DNA of 64,000 nucleotides from Escherichia phage vB-EcoP-XT32. The notes beneath the pieces are model-generated. The model did not search any database. It saw only the letters and a program-made list of their open reading frames with translations, and was not told the origin of the DNA. The DNA is taken from the sequence record OR757435. One strand, given 5' to 3'. The stretch's first letter is position 1. Each line of letters begins with the position of its first letter. Made by a program: the position numbers and the translations under genes. Shown here in pieces: positions 40,204 through 51,635 of this stretch.

Positions 40204-40245
40204 AAAGAAAAGCCCTCAAGGAGAAATCCAAGAGGGCTTTATTAT
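40204..40245. terminator. bidirectional terminator at the convergence of the two blocks
   Basis: AAAGCCCTC ... GAGGGCTTT hairpin flanked by A-tract upstream and TTATTATTT downstream; lies between the converging stops at 40201 and 40246. Confidence 0.55.
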
Positions 40246-40611
40246 TTAACGTCCCCAATCTTTATTGGTAAACGTTTTCAGTCTGTGACAGTTCGCACAA
40301 AGTGTTTGAAGGTTTTCTTCTCTGTTATCTTTGTGGTTACCATTTATGTGATCTACATCTAATTGGCAAGTGTGTTTAGGGATGAAACCGCACATCTCGC
40401 ACACTTCTTTCTTAAAGTCTACATATGGTGATTTATACCTTCTAGTACGCTCTCTGTGTGCATCCATATTCTCATACTCTCTTTTATTACAAGGAGAGCA
40501 CAAGGGTGCAAACTTTCCACCACCCTTTGATTTCTGAGGGTTCTTGTTGCACAAAACACAAAGACCACGAACATTAGATGGCTCTGTTTTTCTAAACCTC
40601 CATGTTCCCAT
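40246..40611 (-). CDS. HNH endonuclease
   Basis: CEMCG ... HTCQLDVDHINGNHKDNREENLQTLCANCH matches the HNH zinc-finger nuclease signature. Confidence 0.75.
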   Translation of the reverse strand: MGTWRFRKTEPSNVRGLCVLCNKNPQKSKGGGKFAPLCSPCNKREYENMDAHRERTRRYKSPYVDFKKEVCEMCGFIPKHTCQLDVDHINGNHKDNREENLQTLCANCHRLKTFTNKDWGR

Positions 40612-40881
40612 TAATCCTCCTTGGAAGGGGCTTTATTTATTTCTAGATTTTCTTGTAAGTGATAGTTCCTTCTTTAACAGCTTTATCATAAGCCGCTTTG
40701 AACTTTTTCATCATATCAATTTTGCTCTGTTTTATCTTTTCAAGATCCATCAAATTCATCCTCATACATCCCAATTCTCTTCAGAAATCTGGATGTTCAT
40801 CTTCAAAGCATCCTGAGATGCCTCCATAGAACCAATCTGATTTACTGCCAAGGATAACAACTTCTTCATTCATATACCCTC

Positions 40882-41043
40882 CTAGATTGTGTTTATAAAA
40901 TTAGTAAGTTTCTCTTCGCTTTCATCAAAAGCTTTTCCAGCTGCTTCCATCTCCCAAGTCTCGGCATTGTCAATAAAGCTCTGAGCTTCTAATAGATCGT
41001 GGATTAAGTCGAAGAGTTTATTTTTATCTGCTTGTGTGATCAT
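40882..41043 (-). CDS. hypothetical small acidic protein (53 aa)
   Basis: ATG 41043, TAG 40882; AGGAA RBS; next ATG preceded by GGAGGG; below ORF-track cutoff. Confidence 0.25.
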   Translation of the reverse strand: MITQADKNKLFDLIHDLLEAQSFIDNAETWEMEAAGKAFDESEEKLTNFINTI

Positions 41044-41051
41044 GTCAGTTC

Positions 41052-41309
41052 CTAGATTAAATCGTAATACTGAATAATGTCAGAGAGTTTGAACTCTCGA
41101 ATCTCATCTTTCTCTACATCTATCGCTGTCATAATCCAACAAGGTTTGCCACCGTTATGAAAACGGGAGCTAGCAACGGAGGTTCGGAGTGGAATAACGG
41201 ACCGGTCAGCAATCTCGCCTCTCCAATTGCGATAGCGAAAGCGAAGCACTTGTTGCGTAGATTTTTGATCATCACTCATTTCCTTTTTTGAATTGTTTTC
41301 TTGCATCAT
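41052..41309 (-). CDS. hypothetical protein
   Basis: 85-aa ORF overlapping the end of the upstream HNH gene. Confidence 0.4.
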   Translation of the reverse strand: MMQENNSKKEMSDDQKSTQQVLRFRYRNWRGEIADRSVIPLRTSVASSRFHNGGKPCWIMTAIDVEKDEIREFKLSDIIQYYDLI

Positions 41310-41694
41310 TTTCCATCTTAGTTTTTAGTTTATGACAAGGGTCTTTACACAGAACCTGAAAACCTTCTTTCTCACACAGAGCACGAGAGATAATTTCATC
41401 CCAAGTTGCTTCATGGTCAAGAGGAACGATAGGATTTATATGATCTATAGCCATATCCTTTACAGGGTGATCAGAACCACACATGGCACACTTAAAGTGC
41501 ATTGCCAGTCTGCCTGTTTTTGGATTAATCTTCTGCTCTGTCTTGGCGTCTGCTAGTGCATCGAACATGGGCTTCCACTTTCTAGTCAGAGAACGAATCC
41601 CTGACTTGATGAAAGAATTGTAACGAGCTTCAGTCCACATTCCAGAGCATCTAGTCTTCTCAGACTTCGCCATAATCAGCTTCTTCCCATACAC
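41272..41694 (-). CDS. HNH endonuclease
   Basis: CAMCG ... DMAIDHINPIVPLDHEATWDEIISRALC...LCKDPCH matches HNH. Confidence 0.7.
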   Translation of the reverse strand: MYGKKLIMAKSEKTRCSGMWTEARYNSFIKSGIRSLTRKWKPMFDALADAKTEQKINPKTGRLAMHFKCAMCGSDHPVKDMAIDHINPIVPLDHEATWDEIISRALCEKEGFQVLCKDPCHKLKTKMENDARKQFKKGNE

Positions 41695-41839
41695 GTTTAT
41701 CTACTCGATGTGATACTTTTTCACGCTTTTCTTTAATATAGCGATTGCCTAATTCATGACTATATTTAATACGCTGCTCTTTTCGAGATTCGCGATTGGA
41801 GGAGTTTTCATCATATGAACGATAGTCAAATTTACCCAT
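41660..41839 (-). CDS. hypothetical basic small protein
   Basis: Start moved to ATG 41839 (AAGGA RBS) to avoid a 95-nt overlap; 59 aa, Lys/Arg/Glu-rich. Confidence 0.35.
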   Translation of the reverse strand: MGKFDYRSYDENSSNRESRKEQRIKYSHELGNRYIKEKREKVSHRVDKRVWEEADYGEV

Positions 41840-41852
41840 TATAATATCCTTA

Positions 41853-42671
41853 TTACCAAGTTTTTTCGAGCCACGACCAATCAAATAGGTCTTCCGGAGT
41901 CTGACCAACAAAGAGCAGCCGAGCATTCTCAAGCATCTTCTCTTCATCTTCAGTATCGAACTTCTTATAATATTCCATTCGTACTATATGATACATGGTC
42001 CACTTGTCTGTAACACCAGCCAACAACTTAGCTGCTGCTTTCTTCCCTATTCCTTGACGTCGAAGCTGGAGCTTACCTCCCCACATAACTTCTTTACGTT
42101 CTCCACATCCGGGGATATTATCTGTACCGTCTCCAATCAACATCTGATAGAAGAAGTTTTGCCACGAAACTAAATCAGATACATAGTGAGGAGGAACTTC
42201 TTTCTGTCTTTCTCCACAAGCCCAACGGTAGTGCCATCCGGGAGTTATCAACAAATCCTTGTCTCTAGTACAGATGATAGTGTTCTTATCTCTACGCTGT
42301 CTTTCAGCTAGTGCATCATCAGCCTCTCTCCCAAATACATCTATGTATTCATATTTACCTTTAATGTAATCACCAACGTTCTGCCAGTGAAAAGGTCTTT
42401 CTCCGGGAGGTCTGTTTGCCTTGTAGTCTTGCTGCTTAGCAACATCGAAACGGAAGTTACCACCTTCGCTGAAGTAGAACACAACCTTACTGCAACCTGA
42501 TCGAGCAATTATAGTATCTATCTTGTACTGAAGTCGTTCAATCATGAAATTGTAATCAACTGGAACACGTCCTGTGTCAAGGAAGGGATGCTCCTGAGTA
42601 AGAGCACCCACTTCATATCGAAGAACGTCAGCATCCACTATAGCTACTTCAGGGAGCTTAACTTCTTCCAT
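41853..42671 (-). CDS. 5'-3' exonuclease (FEN/flap endonuclease family)
   Basis: VDADVL, YKANR, GREADD and GDGTDNIPG match the conserved FEN family acidic clusters. Confidence 0.8.
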   Translation of the reverse strand: MEEVKLPEVAIVDADVLRYEVGALTQEHPFLDTGRVPVDYNFMIERLQYKIDTIIARSGCSKVVFYFSEGGNFRFDVAKQQDYKANRPPGERPFHWQNVGDYIKGKYEYIDVFGREADDALAERQRRDKNTIICTRDKDLLITPGWHYRWACGERQKEVPPHYVSDLVSWQNFFYQMLIGDGTDNIPGCGERKEVMWGGKLQLRRQGIGKKAAAKLLAGVTDKWTMYHIVRMEYYKKFDTEDEEKMLENARLLFVGQTPEDLFDWSWLEKTW

Positions 42672-43262
42672 AAACTTTATCTCTATTTTCAGCTATAATC
42701 CAATCCAAGTAGTACCGAGCTTCCGAAATAGTTCGATTGTTGGATAATGTACAAGTTTCTAACTGCTCCCCTTCAATATAATTCCTAGAATCTCCAGAAA
42801 AATCACAACCATTCCTGTGAACTTGAACTACTACTACATTGAAAGACTTTTCTAGCTCTCTCACCTCTGCTTCAAACCCACCATCAGTAAACAGGATAAC
42901 ATCATTGTGATTCCTTCCTTCTGACTTGATACTATTTACTGCTTGGGTTCCCATGTAGTTCTTACCAAACATAGGTTTTAAGTAATCTTCACTTGTGGAA
43001 ATCATTAAATCTCTGACAGACCTACCTCCCCATTCAGGCCTAGGTTTTTCTTTCCAGTTTCGATCTTTATAAAACTCCAGAAAATCCTCCAAGTTCAAAC
43101 CTAATGCTGCGGAGGCGACTTTGTACATAGGCTCTTTAAATGATTTAATATAACGAGAATAAGACGCAATGTGGGATTTTAGTAACCACTCCTCAGCTAT
43201 CGTATCCTTACCACAACCCGGAGGCCCATTAAGAATTACTACTAAAGGTTTAGGCTCATTAC

Positions 43263-43272
<10 letters not shown>
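42658..43272 (-). CDS. P-loop nucleotide kinase, dNMP-kinase-like
   Basis: GPPGCGKDT Walker A near the N-terminus in a 204-aa protein; resembles phage deoxynucleoside monophosphate kinases. Confidence 0.5.
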
Positions 43273-44758
<1,486 letters not shown>

Positions 44759-44762
<4 letters not shown>

Positions 44763-45019
44763 TCTACTCCACGCTCTTTCAGAGCTTCTAACAATCCATT
44801 GTGATTAGCAGCACATTCTGTGTACTGGTCCTGATACCACTCCAACGTAGTGGCTAGTGCCTTTCCTTGAGCACTCTCTAAAAGAGGCAGGTCAACCCTA
44901 CATTCAGCTTTTAGGTTTGTTGGTAAGGGCATCGATTGCCTGCTGCTGTCGCTCGTTGAACATGCGGATGTAGTCATCACTAGCGCAGACATTATAAAAA
45001 ACTGGTTTAGTTTTCTCAT
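44759..45019 (-). CDS. o-spanin (outer-membrane lipoprotein spanin subunit), putative
   Basis: Starts inside the i-spanin gene in another frame and extends beyond it; MRKLNQFFIMSALVMTTSAC has a signal peptide plus lipobox-like TSAC; mature part Pro-rich with Cys. Confidence 0.5.
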
Positions 45020-45254
45020 AATGCATCTCTTTATAAACGGTTTCCGTGTTCTTCTTCCAGTTGGATAAACCGGTAAGAACTCTCTGAGCAACTTCATCAG
45101 CTGCCTTACTTCTTTCAATCTCTAACTCTTGTTGATGCTTTTCTTTATCCAGATTGTTACTGTCTGTTCTGTACTCATTAAACTTCATACCACCAAAGAA
45201 CACCAGAGCAGAGAAGATAACAAATCCTAGATTATCACTTAAAGTGCTTTGCAT
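44904..45254 (-). CDS. i-spanin (inner-membrane spanin subunit), putative
   Basis: Start set to ATG 45254 (GGAG RBS); N-terminal TM helix GFVIFSALVFFGG then charged coiled-coil region; overlapped architecture with the o-spanin. Confidence 0.5.
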   Translation of the reverse strand: MQSTLSDNLGFVIFSALVFFGGMKFNEYRTDSNNLDKEKHQQELEIERSKAADEVAQRVLTGLSNWKKNTETVYKEMHYEKTKPVFYNVCASDDYIRMFNERQQQAIDALTNKPKS

Positions 45255-45264
45255 ATTGACTCCA

Positions 45265-45290
45265 ACGAAAAAAGCCACCCGAAGGTGGCT
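45265..45290 (-). terminator. rho-independent terminator (minus strand)
   Basis: AGCCACC-cgaa-GGTGGCT with A-tract on plus side (U-tract on minus transcript); downstream of 45312..46058. Confidence 0.65.
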
Positions 45291-45311
45291 AAGCTATAAC
45301 AAGGAGAGTTA

Positions 45312-46058
45312 TCAGAATGGGCTGTCGTTGTCATCTTCATAAGTAGAAGCAGGCTCTTTATCAATCGTAGGGATTGAAGGAGTAGCTTCTTTCTGCTCTG
45401 TTTCAGAAGCACGAGTAATTTCACGACCAGCCAGAGGCATGTTCTTAGCGTCATTAGCTTGAGTAAGCAGGTTGCGCTGGAACGGGAACATCAGTTGATA
45501 GGATGCTACGTTCTCATCGGTTTCCGCATACGGTTCGAAGAATACCAGAGGACTGCGAGCTTCACCAACTGCTGCACGATATTTGGTTGGGATTGGAGAA
45601 ATGGTCTTGATGGAGTTTTTAACTTCACCAGCTTTGTTAGTGTAGGAGTTAACCAGAATGTTAACAGGCTGACCTAACAACACATCCTTAAACCAAGACA
45701 GATCACCTTTCAGTGCTTGAATGCTTGGGTCAATCATCTTGCAGAGATCAAGAATACCAGAGTTCTTAGCTCGTGGGTTTACATCATAACTCTTGAACTG
45801 GCAAGCAGGACGTGGTTCTAATGCCTTACCATCGGAATCTTTACCAGTAGCATCAACACCAATCAGCTCGAAAGCCAAATCCATACGGAAAGCTGGATTC
45901 TTAGGAGTTACTGCTTTGGTCTTCGGGTCAACCCAAGGATCACGATTGTGAACACCCAAACCTACTACACGAACGATACGTGCTTCATATTCACCATCAG
46001 GGATAATATCGTAGTTGGATTTACGAGAAGAAGTTGCGATAGTTGGGATCATGCTCAT
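45312..46058 (-). CDS. single-stranded DNA-binding protein, T7 gp2.5-like (putative)
   Basis: 248 aa with acidic C-terminal tail ending in Phe (EDDNDSPF), a hallmark of gp2.5-type SSBs; located in the replication block and followed by a strong terminator. Confidence 0.45.
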   Translation of the reverse strand: MSMIPTIATSSRKSNYDIIPDGEYEARIVRVVGLGVHNRDPWVDPKTKAVTPKNPAFRMDLAFELIGVDATGKDSDGKALEPRPACQFKSYDVNPRAKNSGILDLCKMIDPSIQALKGDLSWFKDVLLGQPVNILVNSYTNKAGEVKNSIKTISPIPTKYRAAVGEARSPLVFFEPYAETDENVASYQLMFPFQRNLLTQANDAKNMPLAGREITRASETEQKEATPSIPTIDKEPASTYEDDNDSPF

Positions 46059-46391
46059 TATTAATTTCCTTATTTAATTTGAAAGATTGTTGCTCTCTTT
46101 GAGCGGTTATGTATAGTATACATTACGCTTATACCGATAAGGGTACTATATAATATAAGTATCTTTGGTAGTAGATATAACACACTAGTAATGTATATAT
46201 TGTATAGCTAGTAAAGCTATTGCAGGCTTGTATATTGGGCAATCATCGTAACCCTTGCAAGTACCGAAGGGCAGGAGACACCTGCGAGATAAAAATAGAG
46301 AATTGAGGAAATCCTTGATTTAGGTTGAGGACTCCTAGGACTTTGATTCTCTATTAAAATCAAAAGAAAACTTAACTTAAAACAATAACTT

Positions 46392-47030
46392 CTACCATTC
46401 TAAAAGACCTTTAAAACTAGTTTGTTCTACTGTTCTCTGAAAAAGTAAGTTAGATTCTGCTTGAGATTCTAATTGAATCTTCTTTCGGATTTCATCCAAT
46501 TGCTCTCTACTTTTATCTCCCACTGGAAATAATGTAGTTTCTAAAATGCTTTTTCTTGCAGCGAACTCTTTACGAATTTCTTGCAGAGACACAGCTCTGT
46601 AATCAATCTGTTCCATAGAAGTACAAAAGTATCTCCAATCTCTGATAGTAGAATTATGAGTATGAGCATAGATATTATACTTTCCTCTCATTTCATCAGA
46701 GTGAATAGGAATATGAGTTACCCAAAACTCTTTATATTTAAAGTCACCAGAGATTCTACGGAAGACTTTCATCATATCAGGGAGAAGTTCTAATCTGTCA
46801 TGATTTCCTAAGACCAGATGCTTCTCTCCTCTAACTTCAGCGATGATGTCAAGGGCATACTTTTCAAACACCCAATCACCGGTAAAGAAAACTTTATCAC
46901 GTTTGGTTACGTGGTCAAAAGCAGCCAGAATTGCTTTGTCATGTTCTTCGATGTTTTTAAATTGCTTACGAAAACTACAGATGTTTCGATGGCCTAAGTG
47001 ACCATCTCCTGCAAAATAAACTTCAGCCAT
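46392..47030 (-). CDS. calcineurin-like metallophosphoesterase (protein phosphatase-like)
   Basis: GDGHLGH, FFTGDWV, LVLGNHD and THIPIH match the metallophosphatase motifs GDxHG / GDxxD / GNH[DE] / H. Confidence 0.65.
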   Translation of the reverse strand: MAEVYFAGDGHLGHRNICSFRKQFKNIEEHDKAILAAFDHVTKRDKVFFTGDWVFEKYALDIIAEVRGEKHLVLGNHDRLELLPDMMKVFRRISGDFKYKEFWVTHIPIHSDEMRGKYNIYAHTHNSTIRDWRYFCTSMEQIDYRAVSLQEIRKEFAARKSILETTLFPVGDKSREQLDEIRKKIQLESQAESNLLFQRTVEQTSFKGLLEW

Positions 47031-47039
47031 AAAGACCTC

Positions 47040-47522
47040 TTAGGTAGTTAATTTATGATCTTCCTCCGCTCTGTTTCTAACAGAGACGGCTTCCTCTAGG
47101 GTTGAGAAAGTTCCTAGGTATTTAGTTTTACCTCTAATATGTATGTTGGCTATGTACTTCCCTCTTGAATTGAGGTATACGCCCTTAGCTCCTGATGTGT
47201 TGTTAGAGTTCAAACCCTTGTTCCAAGAATTATTCTCGTTGTTAACTTCTCTAAGGTTGCCTATGGAATCGTTGGAAGGGTTTCGATCAATGTGATCTAT
47301 TTGATCTTTAGGTAAAACACCATTAGCAAAATACCAAATGATGTGGTATCTGTAAATGGCTCTTCCTTTCAATCGAATAAGCACTCTTCCATCCTTTTTT
47401 GAAGTTCCTGCCTCGTCACCCCGCCTGCATTTTGTTCCGTTGTGAATTCTCCAGAACACTTTCCCAGATGATAAATCACAAACAAAGAACTCATCCAGAA
47501 GATCTTCTATCATATCATGCAA
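47040..47522 (-). CDS. HNH homing endonuclease with AP2-type DNA-binding domain
   Basis: QIDHIDRNPSNDSIGNLREV (HNH) plus SGAKGVYLNSRGKYIANIHIRGKTKYLGTFSTLEEA (AP2-like). Confidence 0.7.
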   Translation of the reverse strand: MHDMIEDLLDEFFVCDLSSGKVFWRIHNGTKCRRGDEAGTSKKDGRVLIRLKGRAIYRYHIIWYFANGVLPKDQIDHIDRNPSNDSIGNLREVNNENNSWNKGLNSNNTSGAKGVYLNSRGKYIANIHIRGKTKYLGTFSTLEEAVSVRNRAEEDHKLTT

Positions 47523-47761
47523 CCATCACAGGTTAAGTCACCTAGCAGGGACAAGGAAAGTAATCTGGATTGCTCATCACTGTATAGTTGATCAATTTCT
47601 TCTTTAAGTTTTGCCAATTCAATAAAGTTGATAAGCTGTCCATGTTCTAAACAGTCTGTTTTCAGTACGAACAAAACTTCAGCGTCTTTTGAATCTTCAC
47701 TTGAGTATTTATCAATGTATTCCATTTTACACCACATCTCCTTGTTTGTTGTTAATAACAT
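47510..47761 (-). CDS. hypothetical protein
   Basis: 83-aa ORF. Confidence 0.35.
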   Translation of the reverse strand: MLLTTNKEMWCKMEYIDKYSSEDSKDAEVLFVLKTDCLEHGQLINFIELAKLKEEIDQLYSDEQSRLLSLSLLGDLTCDGCMI

Positions 47762-47948
47762 CCAGTGCTGTGTAAGCCTTACCTGTTCCTAGATATTCTA
47801 GAACCGGAGGACTTTTCTTTTCTTCAGCGACTACATAAGGTGTGATCTTTCCTTTCAGTACAGCCTGAGATGCTTTAGCACTGTCTTCAGATGTGTGAAC
47901 AGTAGTAAGCCCTTTCTTTCCAATTCTATAAGTGTGAATCCAAATCAT
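47727..47948 (-). CDS. hypothetical protein
   Basis: Start at ATG 47948 in ATGA overlap with upstream small gene. Confidence 0.35.
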   Translation of the reverse strand: MIWIHTYRIGKKGLTTVHTSEDSAKASQAVLKGKITPYVVAEEKKSPPVLEYLGTGKAYTALDVINNKQGDVV

Positions 47949-48112
47949 ACTTCTTCCTCGTATTCCCAATTTCTTTCATAATATCCAGAGTTATAGTTTA
48001 GGGCGCACTTCTCGGCCTCTTCTATATCATCAGTGTTTAGGATATTAACCCATCCACCAACTTCATCAAAACCTTCTTCTACCTCGTTAAACCATACACT
48101 ATACTTTTTCAT
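47945..48112 (-). CDS. hypothetical small acidic protein (55 aa)
   Basis: ATGA overlap at both ends (48109-48112 and 47945-47948); below ORF-track cutoff. Confidence 0.3.
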   Translation of the reverse strand: MKKYSVWFNEVEEGFDEVGGWVNILNTDDIEEAEKCALNYNSGYYERNWEYEEEV

Positions 48113-48501
48113 CGAATCACCAGAGGCTCTTCAGAGTACACAGGAGCGGCTATTTCTACAGGAGGTGCTGCCCTAAGGTCATTAAGTCTTACACCCTTCA
48201 GCATACCATCTAGGTGGTCCTTTTTGGGGATTCCAACAGGGAAATCGTCAATCCAGATATCTACAAAGAAACCTAACTGTCGACAAACCTCATCCTTCTG
48301 CACACCATTACAAAAGATGATAGGAATTTGCAAACACTCTGCATCAATCTTAATGTCGTGATTATCATATCCATTAGGCTCTGCAAAGCGATAAGTTACA
48401 AAACGTACATCATAACCTTTAGCTTGCATTAATGCCACCACAGAGCGCCACAGCTTCTTATCTGAGGTGTAAGTATCATCGTAATCTAAACCAATATTCA
48501 T
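48109..48501 (-). CDS. HAD-superfamily phosphatase (nucleotidase-like), putative
   Basis: Start set to ATG 48501 (AAAGGA RBS); N-terminal MNIGLDYDDTYT fits HAD motif I (DxDxT). Confidence 0.45.
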   Translation of the reverse strand: MNIGLDYDDTYTSDKKLWRSVVALMQAKGYDVRFVTYRFAEPNGYDNHDIKIDAECLQIPIIFCNGVQKDEVCRQLGFFVDIWIDDFPVGIPKKDHLDGMLKGVRLNDLRAAPPVEIAAPVYSEEPLVIR

Positions 48502-48515
48502 GTCAAATCCTTTAG

Positions 48516-48541
48516 ACAAGAAAAGCCGCCCTAAGGCAGCT
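48516..48541 (-). terminator. rho-independent terminator (minus strand)
   Basis: AGCCGCC-ctaa-GGCAGCT hairpin preceded on plus strand by an A-tract (U-tract on minus transcript). Confidence 0.5.
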
Positions 48542-48547
48542 TCTTAT

Positions 48548-48724
48548 TTAACTTTTTACTTTAGCTTCAAGTGTTTCATTTTCAATACTCAAGTCAATCA
48601 CTACACCAGTAAGCTCAACGACTGCTTGGCGAAGGGCATCTTTACCCATAGAGTGTACTTGAGTTAGGAAGAAAGCTTTACCTTCTTCAGTGGACATGGT
48701 TTCTTTCAATTCAGTTGCAGTCAT
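48548..48724 (-). CDS. hypothetical small protein (58 aa)
   Basis: ATG 48724 with GAGGAAAAG RBS; below ORF-track cutoff. Confidence 0.3.
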   Translation of the reverse strand: MTATELKETMSTEEGKAFFLTQVHSMGKDALRQAVVELTGVVIDLSIENETLEAKVKS

Positions 48725-48917
48725 TCTTTTCCTCTCTCTCTTTCCATAGTTCAGCGAGTTCTAAATAAAACTCAGCTTCATCAGGACGTCCTTGTTCATT
48801 ACAGATGGCGCTCTGACGATAACACCAATCCGATTGCATCTCTTCCACTTCAATCTCCTTGTTATGAACTAATCAATAAGACTAGTTCATTTGTATTCCA
48901 ATCTTTCAGTTCTGAAT

Positions 48918-50762
48918 TTAGTGAGTTTGCATCCAATTCAATCCGATTTTACAATCAGAAGCTAGTTCACAGTGCATGTTTAGATATTCACCTGCCTTCT
49001 TAACACAAGTCTCAGCTATCTTCTTCATTTTATCAACGTCGTTACGGTTGACAGACCACTGTGCTTCATCATGATAATCGATCACTTTGTTTCCTCTAAT
49101 ATTCTGCTGCTCTACCCATTTGTTTGTAAACAGAATAGAGTACTTCATGACAATGGCACCTGCACTCTGAAGTAGAGTATTCAGTGCTTTATGCACCATA
49201 ACCTTACCAGTAGCATCTCGTCTCATAGTTAACTTACGACCATCCACACCTTCCAAAGTGCCTGATTCCGCTCGGGCCTGAACTCTCTCCAGTACGATAG
49301 GAATACAAGGACATTCCGCTAAGAATCGCTCTCTAAGAATTTCACCTTCTTGAGCACCCCCTCCAACTATTTCCCCAATTTTAGCTGCTCCTGCTCCATA
49401 CAGGAATCCATAGATGAAGGTTTTTGCATTGTCACGAGTTGGAAGCCCAGCGAGTTTCTGATTGTGGGAATGAATATCACCAGACAGCAGTACATCTCTG
49501 TATGTATAGGCAGCTTCTAAGCCTTTCTCAGCTCTTAGATATTTAACTTTGTCATTTTCTAGTTTAGCCTCCTCCATCATATCAAGGCACTCTTTTACTA
49601 GATAATGTACCAGCATACGCAACTCTAACCCAGAACCATCATACCCTAAGAATACTTCTTTACCAGCGGGTATGTAATATTTGTAAGCACCTACAGGCTT
49701 ATCTTTCTTCCCCGGCTTACCTTTCTCGTAAATTACGTTAGTACCTTTTCGTATATAACAACCATCAGGAACAACGTTAGTAATAACGAAAGGACGAGAG
49801 TGATCATCATCTGAGTTATAGTCAGACTCAAACAAACTGCGACACTCATGACCAAACAAACCACGGGAGGGAATATTAACCACGATACGATGTTTGAATC
49901 GAAAAGTCGGCGTAGCGCAGCTGTTAGCTTCTGCCGAAAGTTTACCATCTTCGCGTTCCTTTGCTATTAGTCCACTGATAAGACCTAGCCTGTGAGCCGC
50001 TACAACGCGTCTCTTAAGCAAACTTCCGACACTTCCTAACTCACCCCCTAACCCTTCTTCAAGAGTCTCCTCGAGGTTTGTAGGAGCTGTAGGCCACTTG
50101 TTTGAGGTAGCTAGTGCTATCTTAATCTCGTCAAAAGTGATAGGTCTACGTCGGTTAGGATTTAAACCTAAACCAAATACATAAGCCTTCATATAGTTCT
50201 TAGTCTTAAACCTAAAATGCTTTTCTAAGAACTTCCTAATATCAGCGTCAACCATCTCGGCTGTCTGCTTCTGTTTAGCATTACCTCGCATCCAAGCTGA
50301 ATACCATGCTTGGTATGTTCCATACTTTCGCATATCTTTCTTGATTTCAAAAGTATTCCAAGGTTTCTTTGATACGTTAAACTCTGGAGGAAGAAAACCC
50401 TCATCCATAAGGGCTTCTTTAACTCGTGCATCTTTCGATGGGTCAAAGTCTACGTATTCAACACAGGTGAATGCTCCACCAATGTCTTCTCTCTTAAGTC
50501 CAACTCTATCACAATAGGCTTGAGGCCATTTCTGTAAAGCTCCAGACTTCTTAAATGGTTTCATGTAAGTAGAGCCATCTAATCGCATCTTAGGTAAGAG
50601 AGGAATCAGTTCTTTGTCAATATTAACAATAATCTCTTTAAGGAGGTGAACATACCACCGAGCATTTCTTCGGTTGAAACTCACTCCGTGCTTCGCTTGC
50701 TTAGAGATTATATCAGCGACAGTCATCTCTGTCAAAAATGGGAGAGCGTCCGGGTTGCTCAC
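48918..50762 (-). CDS. DNA polymerase, family A (T7-like), polymerase domain only
   Basis: Motif A DGSGLELRMLVHY, motif B RDNAKTFIYGFLYGAG, motif C HDE; lacks 3'-5' exonuclease motifs, which are encoded at 60053..60607. Confidence 0.85.
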   Translation of the reverse strand: MSNPDALPFLTEMTVADIISKQAKHGVSFNRRNARWYVHLLKEIIVNIDKELIPLLPKMRLDGSTYMKPFKKSGALQKWPQAYCDRVGLKREDIGGAFTCVEYVDFDPSKDARVKEALMDEGFLPPEFNVSKKPWNTFEIKKDMRKYGTYQAWYSAWMRGNAKQKQTAEMVDADIRKFLEKHFRFKTKNYMKAYVFGLGLNPNRRRPITFDEIKIALATSNKWPTAPTNLEETLEEGLGGELGSVGSLLKRRVVAAHRLGLISGLIAKEREDGKLSAEANSCATPTFRFKHRIVVNIPSRGLFGHECRSLFESDYNSDDDHSRPFVITNVVPDGCYIRKGTNVIYEKGKPGKKDKPVGAYKYYIPAGKEVFLGYDGSGLELRMLVHYLVKECLDMMEEAKLENDKVKYLRAEKGLEAAYTYRDVLLSGDIHSHNQKLAGLPTRDNAKTFIYGFLYGAGAAKIGEIVGGGAQEGEILRERFLAECPCIPIVLERVQARAESGTLEGVDGRKLTMRRDATGKVMVHKALNTLLQSAGAIVMKYSILFTNKWVEQQNIRGNKVIDYHDEAQWSVNRNDVDKMKKIAETCVKKAGEYLNMHCELASDCKIGLNWMQTH

Positions 50763-50778
50763 TTTATACTCCTTTAAA

Positions 50779-51195
50779 TTATTGGTAAAGTAAATCTGTA
50801 AATGCTTGGTTATCTTCTACCACATCTAACATGGTAGCTTCGTCACTATAAGCCCTAACCATCCCATTGATAACTGTACGAGGAGGAGGTGGTGCATGGT
50901 TAGCCCCAGCTTCACGAGGTTGCTCTCGTACTAAATGGGCCACAACCCTTTGGTTAGCGACTTCTTCTCTTTCTCGAATAGCTCTCTGGATATAAGCTAA
51001 CTTCATACCCCAAACTTCTTCAAACTCTTGAGGGTGCTTATCACTGATAACTACATACTGACGATCAGGGATACCAGAGCGAATCTCTGACAACAGTTCA
51101 TGGAACAAATCAAGTTCGTGTTCAGTGAGATTCATTTCGATATCATCCCACTTGAGAACTAGGAATCTGTTTTGATGTCTAGCTGGTAATGGCAT
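50779..51195 (-). CDS. hypothetical protein
   Basis: 138-aa ORF immediately upstream of the polymerase gene. Confidence 0.45.
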   Translation of the reverse strand: MPLPARHQNRFLVLKWDDIEMNLTEHELDLFHELLSEIRSGIPDRQYVVISDKHPQEFEEVWGMKLAYIQRAIREREEVANQRVVAHLVREQPREAGANHAPPPPRTVINGMVRAYSDEATMLDVVEDNQAFTDLLYQ

Positions 51196-51197
51196 TC

Positions 51198-51355
51198 TAC
51201 TCCACCTCTACTTCAATGTAAGTTCTCTCACCAACGTCATCTTTTAAGACCCACGCCTTAGCATCTTCTTCAGACTTAAAAGCTTTCACAACGCTGTATC
51301 CACCTTCCCATTCATCACCGACCCAGCGCTTTCCTACGTAAATGTATTCTTTCAT
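51198..51355 (-). CDS. hypothetical small acidic protein (52 aa)
   Basis: ATG 51355 to TAG 51198, tightly packed between neighbours; below ORF-track cutoff. Confidence 0.3.
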
Positions 51356-51358
51356 CAC

Positions 51359-51634
51359 TCAACCTTTTGGGAATGGCGTTAAAGATTCCATAGCAGATTT
51401 AATTTCGCTATTGATTCGAGCATCTCGATAAGAGATAAACTTACCTTTGCTGTCACGTAACATCACATGGGTTCTGGCTGTTTTGTGAGGGAGCAATGTG
51501 ATACTGGTTGGGATAGTGTCAACCCCTGCAAGATATGTGTCAATAGTCTTGCTTTCAGTCAACAGATAAGACCAAGTTTTCTCCGGATGGTTAGGGTATA
51601 TGTCTCGAATCTGAACCATAGCTAATTTATTCAT
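51359..51634 (-). CDS. hypothetical protein (paralog pair member)
   Basis: Shares (H/P)KTART.V.LR...GKFISY ... FPKG motif with 51636..51884. Confidence 0.45.
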   Translation of the reverse strand: MNKLAMVQIRDIYPNHPEKTWSYLLTESKTIDTYLAGVDTIPTSITLLPHKTARTHVMLRDSKGKFISYRDARINSEIKSAMESLTPFPKG

Positions 51635-51635
51635 A